Virus record (IMG/VR): IMGVR_UViG_3300028920_000002
Span: 1 to 64,000 of that record
Direction: 5' to 3' (one strand)
From: a virus
Length of the DNA: 64,000 nt
Numbering within the stretch: position 1 is the stretch's first letter; the number at the start of each line of letters is the position of its first letter. This document shows, one piece after another, positions 26,801-35,903 of the stretch. The notes beneath the pieces are model-generated. The model ran no database searches and was not told the DNA's origin. It saw nothing but the letters and a program-made list of their open reading frames with translations. The position numbers and the translations under genes are program-made.

Positions 26801-29800
26801 TTCCACAAATTCACCGAGATGTTGAAGGCGGCTGGCATCAACGTTGAGAAGCGTGGCAACACCATGCAGCTCAACCCGCTCACCAACCAGGACATCCTGA
26901 ACATGTCAGCGGGGGAGCTCTCGAAGCCAGCGGACCGGCTTCGCCAGGGCAAGCTCGATGAGAATGGCGACCCCATGCCCATGAAGGGAGGGCTGTTCGA
27001 CCCGAAGCTCACCGGTGGGCACGGTGGGAAGAAGTGGACGCACTTCAAACTGGCAGAGCCAGTTCCGAATCCGGTCTTCGAGGGAGCCATCCAGCGGCTG
27101 ACTGGGCTCACCGGTAAGCAGTACGAGTCAGTCGTCAACGGTGAGCAGTCCATCGACCTCAAGACGAGGAAGGTCGTACCTCTTGGCAAGGGCGCGACGG
27201 GAGGCCCCGCCATCAAGAGCATGCTCGATGGCATCGACGTGAACAAGGAGCTGGAGCAGTCCATGAAGGAGCTGGAGGCGGTGAAGCTGCCTTCTGGATT
27301 CGCTCACGGCGCCAGCACCACGAAGCTCGACAAGGCGATGAAGAAGGTGAGGCACCTTCAAGTCCTCAAGGACAAGAAGATGAGCCCCTCCGACGCCTAT
27401 ATGCTGGAGAACGTACCGGTCATCCCGCCGGCGATGCGCACGGTCAGCGTGCTGAAGGACGGCGGCGTTCGCTGGGGCGATTTGAACCAGCTCTACTCCG
27501 ACCTCGCCCAGACCAATGGCGAGATGGGCAAGATGAAGCAGCGCTCCTACTTCGGCGACAAGGACCTGAAGGACAGTCGAAAGGATGTCTACGATGGGCT
27601 TCGCGCTTTGGTAGGTATTGGTTCCTCGCCGGCTGAGAAGGAGGCCAAGAACAAGGGCGTGCTGCAACAGATTGCTGGCAGTCAGCCGAAGAAGGGCTAC
27701 TTCCAGAACACCCTGATGAACCGTCGTCAGGACATGAGCATGCGCTCGACCATCGTTCCTGAGCCGGCGATGGGGTTGGATGAGGTGGGCATTCCTCAGG
27801 AGCATGCACTCAAGCTGTTCCGTCCGTTCGTCGTCAAGAAGATGATGGACATCGGCGTGGCTCCAACTGAGTTGGATGCTCAGCACATGCTGGCCGAGAA
27901 GAAGAAGGATAAGGGGGTGTGGCGGGCGCTGGACTTGGCGATGGAGGACCGGCCGGTTCTGATGAAGCGTGACCCCGCACTGCACAAGCATTCGATGCAG
28001 GCGTTTCGCCCTTACCGTACGAGCGGGCACGCTATCAAGATTCATCCGCTGGTGACCAATGGCTACAACGCTGACTTCGATGGCGACACCATGAGCATGT
28101 TCGTCCCCATCTCCAAGGAGGCAGTGGACGAAGCCAAGCAGATGCAGCCGTCGAACAACCTGTTCAACGAGGCGCAGGGTAAGGTTACCTACACTCCGAC
28201 CTTGGAGAGTTCATTAGGCTTGTACAAGATGAGCCGCGTGCGTGGTGATGGTAAACAGCAGTACAAGAACCCCACCGACGTGCTCAAAGCCGTGGAGGCG
28301 GGCAAACTGCCGATGGACGAGCTCGTCACCGTCGGTAAGATGAAGACTACTGGTGGCCGCATCATGCTCTCCTCCGCGCTGCCTAAGCCGCTGCAGAACA
28401 AGATGCTGACTGACCACAAGTTCGTCCTGGACAAGAACGGCGTTCATCAGCTCTACACAGACTTGGCGAAGAACCATCGTGCGGACTTCGGAGAGGCGGC
28501 GAACAAGCTCAAGGACTTTGGTTTCGACGCTTCCTACGGCTCAGTACGCGTGGCACATCCACAGCACAAGGGACCCAACGCCATCGCGGCTATGGAGAAC
28601 CCGAAGCAGAACGTCAAGTTCCTGCCGATGGGAGCGCATACCTTGTCGCTCGACGACCTGGAACCCGACCGTGAGGTCCGAGACCGGGAAATCGCCAAGG
28701 CGCAGAAGCAGGTGGACAAGATTCGCTCCATGAAAGGACTGTCCAAGCTCGAGCGCGACCGGCGCAGCGTAGCCATCTGGGAGAAGGCGGATGCCGACAT
28801 CGCTCGGAAGCATGTAGGTCGCGCTGAGGCTAGAGATGACCGCCTGCACCAGATGTTGGCGGCCGGCACTAAGCCAAGTTGGTCTCAGTACAAGCAGCTC
28901 AAGCTCGCGCCGATGGTAATGCAGGATGCGGCTAACCGGGACATCCCGACGCCCATCAAGCACTCCTACTCAGAGGGCCTCGACATGGGCGAGTACTGGA
29001 CCGGGATGCATGGCGCTCGGCGAGGTACGGTCCTCAAGGTTCAGGAGGTGCAGGAGCCCGGCTACTTCTCCAAGCAGCTCATCAACACCACGATGAACAT
29101 GGTGGTGAACAAGGATGACTGCGGCACCAAGCGGGGCATAGCGGTTCCGGTCGGCTCGAAGGATATCTACGACCGTGAGTTGGCAGCGCCGGTAACAGTC
29201 AAGGGAAAGACCTTCAAGCCGGGCACGATTCTGGGACCGGACCTGGTCGCTCAGATTCGCTCCCACGACAAGAACGCGCAGCTCGTTGTACGGAGCGCGC
29301 TTCGCTGCGAGCACGGTGATGGCCTCTGCCAGCACTGCGCCGGCCTGTCCGCCGACGGCACCTACTACAAGAAGGGCTCGAATCTGGGTGTGCTCTCTGC
29401 CCAGTCATTGGGTGAGCGCGCCGTGCAGCTGCCGATGAAGATGTTCCACAGCGGCGGCGTCAAGCAGGGCGGACGGGGCGGAGTGGTCGGTATGTTCGAC
29501 CGCACCAAGCAGCTGACTGAGCTGCCCAAGAAGATTCCAGACGCCTCAACCCTGGCCATGCACTCGGGTACCGTCGACAAGGTAGAGCGGGACCCCACCG
29601 GCACGAACGTATGGATTGGTGGGCAACGACATCACGTGCCGAAGGACCGCTCTGGTATGCCTCTGCACATTCCCTTGCCAGGTGAGAAGGTCAAGGGTTG
29701 GCAGCCACCTAGAGTAGGGATGAAGGTGGAGGCCGGCCAGTCACTTAGCGACCCCACCCGCACCTTCGTGAATCCGCACGACCTGTACAAGGCCACGCGT

Positions 29801-30271
29801 AGTATGGAGAAGGTGCAGAACCATCTAGTCAACGAGCTTCACGGCATCTACTCTGAAGAGGGCGTGCGCCGACAGCACATCGAGACCGTCGTGAAGGCTA
29901 TGGGTAATCTCACCCGCGTAAGGAATCCAGGAGACGCGCAGGGTATTTTGAAAGGCGAGTACCAGCCGACGTCCAGGTTGCGGGAGCTCAATCGTCAGTT
30001 GTCCCGACAGGGCAAGAAGCCCGTGCAGCACTCACCCATCCTCAAGGGCATCGACGTGATGCCACTCACCGTCCAGGAAGATTGGATGGCGAAGCTGAAC
30101 TACGCTCAGCTCCAGAGAACGCTCACGGAAGGAGCTGCGATAGGAGCGAAGTCGCATCTGCACGGTACTCATCCCATCCCTGCGGCAGCCTACGGCGCCG
30201 AGTTCGGTTTGACTGAGAAGCACAAGAAGAAGTATCCGCACTTGGCCAAAGTCCCCTCCTGGTCCTACTGA
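23816..30271 (+). CDS. rpoBC: Single-chain fused beta-beta' DNA-directed RNA polymerase
   Basis: Beta motifs GYNFEDG, GDKLTGRHGNKG, LNPAGVPGRMNVGQ, LKLQHQVDKK; beta' motifs GLFDP, PVIPP, RPVLMKRDPALH, YNADFDGD, CEHGDGLCQHC, AQSLGE..QL.MKMFH; no internal stop. Confidence 0.95.
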   Translation: MARLDPSESFADFRDRTLEGIRSHFPVKGRTQTLELDDLEVDSAGMESDDIRGQHRAKVEGASWSAPVYATMSLRDNETGKAKKQRIKLAELPMMTRRYSYIVNGQEYQVDNQWQLKPGVYTRRRQNGELESRFNIVNKPHFDLKFEPDKKRFLMERGKSSAIPLYPLMKSLGISDDDLEKTWGKEILEQNKAARGVSGALEKFYKADRKKSAPSKEEAERYFYETMMQSELRPEATKRTLGKEYSTVEGDAVLRATKRMLEVQSGAPEDDRDSLVFKDLRGAGDYAFDRLTDYKTRRSLQGKMGRQINNARSIRDVIRPGTFDDQIRRTFTENKGATRVPEQINPVEMIAGSQQTTVMGPGGIQSENAIMDETKFINPTHFGFLDPIHTPEGNKTGVTLHLPMGVSKKGKSPVIPVYNLKTGKGERITPEQFMDSTVALPDQMKWKDNKPTPVGKKVKVSTPGNELDEVDPKDAKYAMYHPSQAFSITSNLVPFMGNTSGNRASYATHHIEQAISLKDRDVPLVQSGTGGQREGLRTFEELLGRGSSHPSPMDGEVVKVKKDGVIVKGKDGKTREIQLYNNFPLNDAKAVIDSTPTVKVGDKVKQGQPVADTNFTKNGTLALGKNLRTAYLPFKGYNFEDGVVISESAAKKLTSVHMHKPDTRVADSDVTDPKKFRVFHPEAFTKDQYKLVGDDGIVRVGTRVQKGDPLVLNTKPYQLRDRTGIAAVRKNASGAQTDASLKWDSDYAGEVVGVHRGKKGQIGVHVRTEEPMQVGDKLTGRHGNKGIVTKVIPDKEMPHTRDGKPIEVALNPAGVPGRMNVGQVLETAAAKVAEKTGKPYIVENFEHGVDQLKRVKSDLKKHGLSDTEELIDPNTGKSLGNVLVGPQHMLKLQHQVDKKASARSGMSLKGEEGEGYDYNLQPVGGSKTGAQSVGNLGIYTLLAHGAKANIREMQTWKSEGEDTSPEGKRWASQHNEVWRAIQSGDPLPPPKPTFAFHKFTEMLKAAGINVEKRGNTMQLNPLTNQDILNMSAGELSKPADRLRQGKLDENGDPMPMKGGLFDPKLTGGHGGKKWTHFKLAEPVPNPVFEGAIQRLTGLTGKQYESVVNGEQSIDLKTRKVVPLGKGATGGPAIKSMLDGIDVNKELEQSMKELEAVKLPSGFAHGASTTKLDKAMKKVRHLQVLKDKKMSPSDAYMLENVPVIPPAMRTVSVLKDGGVRWGDLNQLYSDLAQTNGEMGKMKQRSYFGDKDLKDSRKDVYDGLRALVGIGSSPAEKEAKNKGVLQQIAGSQPKKGYFQNTLMNRRQDMSMRSTIVPEPAMGLDEVGIPQEHALKLFRPFVVKKMMDIGVAPTELDAQHMLAEKKKDKGVWRALDLAMEDRPVLMKRDPALHKHSMQAFRPYRTSGHAIKIHPLVTNGYNADFDGDTMSMFVPISKEAVDEAKQMQPSNNLFNEAQGKVTYTPTLESSLGLYKMSRVRGDGKQQYKNPTDVLKAVEAGKLPMDELVTVGKMKTTGGRIMLSSALPKPLQNKMLTDHKFVLDKNGVHQLYTDLAKNHRADFGEAANKLKDFGFDASYGSVRVAHPQHKGPNAIAAMENPKQNVKFLPMGAHTLSLDDLEPDREVRDREIAKAQKQVDKIRSMKGLSKLERDRRSVAIWEKADADIARKHVGRAEARDDRLHQMLAAGTKPSWSQYKQLKLAPMVMQDAANRDIPTPIKHSYSEGLDMGEYWTGMHGARRGTVLKVQEVQEPGYFSKQLINTTMNMVVNKDDCGTKRGIAVPVGSKDIYDRELAAPVTVKGKTFKPGTILGPDLVAQIRSHDKNAQLVVRSALRCEHGDGLCQHCAGLSADGTYYKKGSNLGVLSAQSLGERAVQLPMKMFHSGGVKQGGRGGVVGMFDRTKQLTELPKKIPDASTLAMHSGTVDKVERDPTGTNVWIGGQRHHVPKDRSGMPLHIPLPGEKVKGWQPPRVGMKVEAGQSLSDPTRTFVNPHDLYKATRSMEKVQNHLVNELHGIYSEEGVRRQHIETVVKAMGNLTRVRNPGDAQGILKGEYQPTSRLRELNRQLSRQGKKPVQHSPILKGIDVMPLTVQEDWMAKLNYAQLQRTLTEGAAIGAKSHLHGTHPIPAAAYGAEFGLTEKHKKKYPHLAKVPSWSY

Positions 30272-31506
30272 TGGGTCTCAAAGAGAACAAATTCTTCGAC
30301 CCGCTATCCTGGCGAAGCTTCGCTCATGGGGGCTGGTCTCAACCCGAGGGGTCCATCCCAGCCTACATACACGAGGCCAGGGTCATCGATGTCAATCTGA
30401 CCAACTGGACCATCGATTGCCACACCATCTTCGACCAGAAGATGTTCTTGGACGTACAGGTCGCCTCCCCCTACATGCACCCAGCTCGCGGAGAGGGGAT
30501 GTATGTCATCCCGGAAGTTGGTGCGAAGTGCCTCATCTGTATTCCATCGGATGGGCCTCCGCCGTTCGTCTTGGCCTTCCTAATGCCGATGGAGACCAAG
30601 ACCAAGACCACTGCCGTCACCGACCCCATCGAGGCGAATGACTCGAACGCCAGCTTTGGCGGTGGGCGCAAACGCCCCAAGCCCGGAGACATCGTCGTTC
30701 AGGGTCGTGACGGGAACTTCATGCGGCTCCACCGTGGAGGGGTTGCGGAGTTTGGAGCCAGCCAGTTGGCCCAACGCATCTGCATTCCGCTCGGCAACCT
30801 CGTCACGGACATCAGTCAGAACTACAACCACTTCAACTCTGGCGGGGCCATCAACTGGGGCGTCCGAGATGGTGGTACGAGCAACCCGGAGTCGGAGTAC
30901 AGACACACCATTCGTGTGTTCGCGGATGACGAGTACGCGGACATGCGCTTCGCCATGGGCAAGTTGAAGCGCCCGGTGGCTGAGCCAGTAGGAGAAGACG
31001 GCGAGACCTCGAACTTGGAGCAGCTCGGTATCGGAACTACCGAGGACATCGTGTTCGAGATGGTACTTGCGCCCGGTGGGTTCGATGGTGGAAACGGCGA
31101 CCAGAAGGATGTGAAGGAAACTCGAGACCTGACCAAGCTGCGCATCTTCTTCGACCGCGGTGGCAACGCCATGGCTCGCTTCGAGGGAGCTGTGGATATG
31201 CGTGTGAAGAAGCGACTCAAGCTGACGGTGGACGAAGACATCGACATCATCGGCAAGAAGCGCATCTCCATCGAGGCCACGGAGATTCTGCGCCTGATTG
31301 GCCAGAATGGTCTCGAGCTTGGTACGGGTGGTGGAGTCACAGCCATCAACGGTGGTACGAAGGCTGTTGCCTACGTAGGCTCTCCAGTGACTGTTACCGT
31401 CCCCCCAGGGCTTCTGGTTACTACACCCGGAGGTGAAGGCTTCGTGAACCCAGGTCAGACCTTCACCGGATTCATCACGCTCGGCAACTCTACCATTCTC
31501 GTCTGA
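30271..31506 (+). CDS. Baseplate hub/spike protein (gp5/gpV-like OB fold)
   Basis: ARVIDVN..VASPY..GEGMYVIPEVGAKC, then beta-rich repeats. Confidence 0.7.
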   Translation: MGLKENKFFDPLSWRSFAHGGWSQPEGSIPAYIHEARVIDVNLTNWTIDCHTIFDQKMFLDVQVASPYMHPARGEGMYVIPEVGAKCLICIPSDGPPPFVLAFLMPMETKTKTTAVTDPIEANDSNASFGGGRKRPKPGDIVVQGRDGNFMRLHRGGVAEFGASQLAQRICIPLGNLVTDISQNYNHFNSGGAINWGVRDGGTSNPESEYRHTIRVFADDEYADMRFAMGKLKRPVAEPVGEDGETSNLEQLGIGTTEDIVFEMVLAPGGFDGGNGDQKDVKETRDLTKLRIFFDRGGNAMARFEGAVDMRVKKRLKLTVDEDIDIIGKKRISIEATEILRLIGQNGLELGTGGGVTAINGGTKAVAYVGSPVTVTVPPGLLVTTPGGEGFVNPGQTFTGFITLGNSTILV

Positions 31507-32153
31507 TGCCCATCAGCCCAGACCCTCCTCGCGGCTTCACCCTGCTTGAATTCAACAAGGGGGCTGCGGCTGCAGTGGGTGCCATCAACCCGTTGGGTGC
31601 GCAGATAGACGCTCTGCTGTCCGCGGGCATCACTCCATTTCAACTGGCACTGGCCGCGCAGCTCAACGCAGCTGTAGCAGCACAGGCCAACCTCACTCTT
31701 CAGGTCACCGACCCTCTGGCTGCTATCCGCGCACTCCTCGCGGCGATGGCTCAACTACAAGCGGCGCTCACCGCAGCATTGTCGCTACCTCCGCTGGACA
31801 TCAGTCTTGGCGCGGAGCTCACTGCCACGGCCCGCTTGGTAACTGACCTACAGGCGCAGCTTGGGCCTTTGCAGCTGGCGGTAGATGCTGCTCTACGCAT
31901 CAAGATTCCGGCTATTCGACTGGCTGCTGAGCTCGGTCTTGCTCTCAACGCCGGTCCGTTCTTCGCCTTCACCTATGACAACACGACCTTGTCTGGTGCA
32001 GGAGCCGAAATCAACAGCGTGTTCAGCGCCGGCTTGAATGACGGCACGAATACAATTGCGCCTACTGGCGAGCCAGTCTTCGGCTTAGTAGTCGTCTGCA
32101 AGGAGTTTGGCCTTTCAGGCTACTTCTCGGCCATAATCGACGTGCCCACCTGA
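31506..32153 (+). CDS. Hypothetical Ala/Leu-rich protein coupled to the spike gene
   Basis: TGATG overlap; helical composition. Confidence 0.6.
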   Translation: MPISPDPPRGFTLLEFNKGAAAAVGAINPLGAQIDALLSAGITPFQLALAAQLNAAVAAQANLTLQVTDPLAAIRALLAAMAQLQAALTAALSLPPLDISLGAELTATARLVTDLQAQLGPLQLAVDAALRIKIPAIRLAAELGLALNAGPFFAFTYDNTTLSGAGAEINSVFSAGLNDGTNTIAPTGEPVFGLVVVCKEFGLSGYFSAIIDVPT

Positions 32154-32164
32154 GGAGCCCACTG

Positions 32165-34357
32165 ATGGAACTGTTCATCCAGCCCGAGACCTACTTGGAG
32201 AAGACCGCCGGCGAAGTGGAGCTGCCGGAAGACCCCAACATGTGGCCCCAGGAGGTGCTGCAGGAGCTGTTCAAGCAGGTCCCGTACATCTCGGACTTCC
32301 AGCCCCACGTCGTCATGGACAAGGTGGACGCCGAGCAGGGCTATGGTCTCGGGCACGTCGAGATTGCCAACCAGAGCGAGGCGCAGGTCACCGCTGAGCC
32401 GGAGATGGCCGAGGCGGCGGGCATCCGCACGGTGCGCATCCCGGTGGTCATCCGAGAGGGCAAGCTCACACCTTTCGACCTGCTCATCAACGACAACGGC
32501 AAGATTCTCCCGCTCACCGAATCCCGCATCCGGCAGGCCCTCTTCCGCCCGCAGGCATTCGACGTCACCAGCAAGACGCCGGGCGACCAGAGCATGATTG
32601 GGCAGCTCTACCCTCCGTACCGTCAGAACTACGGTTTCGGGCGCACTGGTACTGGCGTAGTGACTGGAACCGGACTCGGGAAGATGGGGTCTGCGCTCGA
32701 CGCGTACTTGACTGCGGAGCTCGAGAAGACTGCGCAGAGAGCCCAAGTACCTGAACGACCCAAGTCGGACTTTCAGTTTCATCGGTTGGAGAAGAAAGCT
32801 TCCATCCTCGAGTCCATTCTCCCAACGCTCAACCGGACGGACTTCGACAGCTTCTGGGAGAAGGTCAGCAGTGACCACAGCCTTCAGGCGCAGTTCCGTC
32901 ACAACGCTGACGCTACGCAGGGGGCGCTCTGTCTGCTGGCCAACCACGAGCCCATCACGCTGGAGAAGACGGCCAGCGCGTTGGCTGAGGTGGTCAAACC
33001 TACTGTCGCTCAGGTCACGAAGACGGTCGATGGCTATCTGGTGAAGACCGCCAGCCACCTCTACTGGAAGCCGCAGACCAGGCTCCTGAACCGCGGGGAG
33101 GTGATTCAGGAGTTCGGTGAGAAGGTGGCTCTGGCGGCGGATGAATCCGGCGGCGTCACGCTGGCCGAGGGTGCCGACGCCGAGGACGCCGAAGGAGCTC
33201 TGGACCAGGAGGAGCCCATCAGCGTTTCGGACTCTGGCCTCTACAAGGTCTACGACGATACCGGCAAGGAGCTGGTGGGCTTCGTCATCCCCAACCTGCT
33301 CGACACCGACGGCACCCCGCTGCCGCTGAGCCTGTTCACCAACGGTTCTCAGACGGCGGTGCAGGACGATATCCAGGGGGTGCCCGCCGGCGACGGCGTG
33401 AATCTGCCCACCGCCCAGCCCGGCGGACGGGGAGCCTTCTTCTCCGTCACCGACGAGGGCAGCGTTCAGGCCACTGTCCCCCTCGTTTTGGGTGGGTCCT
33501 ACGCCACGGGTGACGGTCAGACCGTCCTGAACGGACAGACCTTTGACGGGCGCCCGGTGGAGGTCAGCGTCCAGTCGAACATCCAGACCGTCATGGGCAC
33601 GCCCGAGGGGCGGATGCTGGTGCCGGAGAGCTGGCAGTGGACTCCGATGTCTGATGAGCAGGTCTCCTTGTACGGAGGCGACGTCGGGGAGCAGCCTGAC
33701 GAAGGCGACGACGAGCAGCTGCAGCAGGCTTTCGGCGCCGAGAACGAGGGTGAGGCAGCTCCCCAGCAGGAGGAGCAGGCTGAAGAGAAGCAGAGCTCGG
33801 CCTTCATCTGGGTCCGCTCCGGCGGCCCGGACACCTTCTCCGTCAGCGGTCCGGCGCTCGAGAAGCTGGCCTACAGCGAACGGGAGTCGTTGAGTCTGGA
33901 TGACGCCATGTTCCTCCTGGCGGGCCTTGGTGTGTCACAGGCGTATGGCGTCAAGAAACTGGCGCACGCCTGTTCAGGGGCCAACCCGGAACGCGTGCGG
34001 ATTGGGCGCATCATCAAGACCGCGGCCGAGGTGGATGCCTGGTCCAGGGAGCGCGCACAAGCTCTGCACTCGGTGGTCCCACGGCTCAAGCAGGACCTGG
34101 TGAAGGAGGCCGCGCTCATCCCCAATCCGTCGGCCGTTGACACCGTACTCAGCCTGGGCTTCATCAACCCAGAGAACATCATGACGTTCGTAGGCTACCT
34201 GCCGGACATCGACGGCGCGCAGGGCAAGCTCTGCGAGTTGCTGCTCGCTTCCCGCCTCGGCATGGACGACATCCCAGCTTCGGCACTAGAGCGGGCAGTC
34301 CGCTCCGTCGAAGAGACCATCGAAGGTCTGAAGGTCCTCGCGTTCCAAGGAGGCTGA
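32165..34357 (+). CDS. Putative internal head protein with about 10 K-x-A sites
   Basis: EKTAG, EKTAQ, EKKAS, EKTAS, VKTAS, EKVAL, EKLAY, KKLAH, IKTAA, VKEAA. Confidence 0.65.
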   Translation: MELFIQPETYLEKTAGEVELPEDPNMWPQEVLQELFKQVPYISDFQPHVVMDKVDAEQGYGLGHVEIANQSEAQVTAEPEMAEAAGIRTVRIPVVIREGKLTPFDLLINDNGKILPLTESRIRQALFRPQAFDVTSKTPGDQSMIGQLYPPYRQNYGFGRTGTGVVTGTGLGKMGSALDAYLTAELEKTAQRAQVPERPKSDFQFHRLEKKASILESILPTLNRTDFDSFWEKVSSDHSLQAQFRHNADATQGALCLLANHEPITLEKTASALAEVVKPTVAQVTKTVDGYLVKTASHLYWKPQTRLLNRGEVIQEFGEKVALAADESGGVTLAEGADAEDAEGALDQEEPISVSDSGLYKVYDDTGKELVGFVIPNLLDTDGTPLPLSLFTNGSQTAVQDDIQGVPAGDGVNLPTAQPGGRGAFFSVTDEGSVQATVPLVLGGSYATGDGQTVLNGQTFDGRPVEVSVQSNIQTVMGTPEGRMLVPESWQWTPMSDEQVSLYGGDVGEQPDEGDDEQLQQAFGAENEGEAAPQQEEQAEEKQSSAFIWVRSGGPDTFSVSGPALEKLAYSERESLSLDDAMFLLAGLGVSQAYGVKKLAHACSGANPERVRIGRIIKTAAEVDAWSRERAQALHSVVPRLKQDLVKEAALIPNPSAVDTVLSLGFINPENIMTFVGYLPDIDGAQGKLCELLLASRLGMDDIPASALERAVRSVEETIEGLKVLAFQGG

Positions 34358-34358
34358 G

Positions 34359-35870
34359 GTGGCCGAAGGTTTCGGCCGACTCATTGGGGGCGTGAAGGCC
34401 GAGCTTGGCTACGGCCCGGCACTGCCTAAGCCCACGGAGGAGGAGAAGCGTGAGGCTCTGCAGCGCGCGGAGGAAATCAGGCGCACTGTCGGCAAGCGGT
34501 ACAACGTCTCCCCCTATCTGGCTGGGTCGCTAGCCACCGGCTTGAACATTCCTGGGCAGCACGACTTCGACTACGGGGTACGCGTTACCTCCAAGCCGAA
34601 GTTCGACAAGCTGGTCAATCGTTTGCAGCGGGCCGAGGGAGTGAAGACCTCTCCATACAATCAGACTGGTACGGACTACCACGTCTTCACCACCAGTGTT
34701 GGGGGCGAGCCCGTGGACTTGGCTGTCATGTATGGGGACAAGGGCAAGCTGCAGCGGCAGGCGATTCAGCGGGCTCAGAACCTCAGTCAGGACGAGAAGG
34801 ACAAAATCATTGCTGAGAAAGCGCGGCTCTCCAACGTCCTGTTCTTTCAGAAGCAGCGCAAGAAGCGCTTCAAGCGACAGGTAGACGCGCAGCTCGGTCT
34901 ACCGCGCTTCGGTAAAGAGAAGGTGGGACGTGTTGTGACCGACCAAGAATGGAGGCGACTCGCTACTCGCCCTACTGTGTTCGGCCATCGCACGAACAAC
35001 ATCGAGCCCATCATGCAGTCTCAACGACTGTTGAGCGCCGCTGATGCGGCGAAGAGGGGAGCGCTGAAGAGCTACGAGACGGGGACGGGTCGTGGGAGCC
35101 GCGAGCGCTCTGATTTGAGTGAGCGTAGAGGCGAGCGCAAGATGCTCCGCTCAGAGGTCTTCATGAACAAGGGCGGATTGATGCCCCCCAGCGAAGCGTA
35201 TGGACAATACGGCGTGCTCTTCGAGAAGCAGAAGGCCGCGCCCTCGAAGTACCTCAACGCCGTACCTCGAGAGCACACGGCAGAAACGGTGAAGAGCAAG
35301 CTCACTTACGTTGTGCCTGACAAGGAATTCGCGAAGTGGAATCGTAAGTTCCCTGACCGGAAAATCATGCGCGAGTCACACGTGCCGGAGCATATGAGGC
35401 TGCCAGGCAAAGACCGCGGAGAGCTCATCCAGAGAATCCTGACCGGACCCAAGCTCTACGAGAAGAAGGAAGAGGTCAAGATTGGTGGAGCACTGGCCAA
35501 GAAGAAGGGGCTGCGCCGGGTGGGGCAGCTCCTCAGTGGTTCCCGAATGAAGGCGTTGGAGGAGCGGGCTGCTGGTCTGGAGTCCCCATTTCGACGGCGC
35601 GCCCAGCGTGCGCTGGAGCCTGTCCGAAGTAGCGGGATGAAGAAGCGCCGTATAGAGGAGAGCCTCGGGCGCGTGAAGTCCAGAGGTAGGGTTGAATCCG
35701 CGCTGAAGGCCGAGCAGGAAGCAGTACAAAAGGCGAGAAAGACCACCAAGACTGTTGGGGGTGTGGCTGCTGGACTTGGGGCCGCGGCGCTTGGTGCTGG
35801 GGCGTTCAGCAAAGCCATGAAAGAGCCGGACTACGCGGCGATTGCGGCCGAGCAGCGCGCAAAGGCTTGA
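34359..35870 (+). CDS. Nucleotidyltransferase (Pol-beta superfamily) + ART-like domain + basic glycine-zipper tail
   Basis: AGSLATGLNIPGQHDFDY..EPVDL; FGHRTNNIEPIMQSQRLLS..VFM..YGQYGVLF..REH; tail VGGVAAGLGAAALGAG. Confidence 0.65.
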   Translation: MAEGFGRLIGGVKAELGYGPALPKPTEEEKREALQRAEEIRRTVGKRYNVSPYLAGSLATGLNIPGQHDFDYGVRVTSKPKFDKLVNRLQRAEGVKTSPYNQTGTDYHVFTTSVGGEPVDLAVMYGDKGKLQRQAIQRAQNLSQDEKDKIIAEKARLSNVLFFQKQRKKRFKRQVDAQLGLPRFGKEKVGRVVTDQEWRRLATRPTVFGHRTNNIEPIMQSQRLLSAADAAKRGALKSYETGTGRGSRERSDLSERRGERKMLRSEVFMNKGGLMPPSEAYGQYGVLFEKQKAAPSKYLNAVPREHTAETVKSKLTYVVPDKEFAKWNRKFPDRKIMRESHVPEHMRLPGKDRGELIQRILTGPKLYEKKEEVKIGGALAKKKGLRRVGQLLSGSRMKALEERAAGLESPFRRRAQRALEPVRSSGMKKRRIEESLGRVKSRGRVESALKAEQEAVQKARKTTKTVGGVAAGLGAAALGAGAFSKAMKEPDYAAIAAEQRAKA

Positions 35871-35903
35871 CCCACAAGAAGAAGTCGGCCACTTTCAACG
35901 GGG

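Noticed and set aside
23816-30271. Cellular rpoB-rpoC operon (contig is bacterial)
   Set aside because: No ribosomal-protein or nusG neighbours; flanked by spike, terminase and capsid genes, and shortened relative to cellular enzymes
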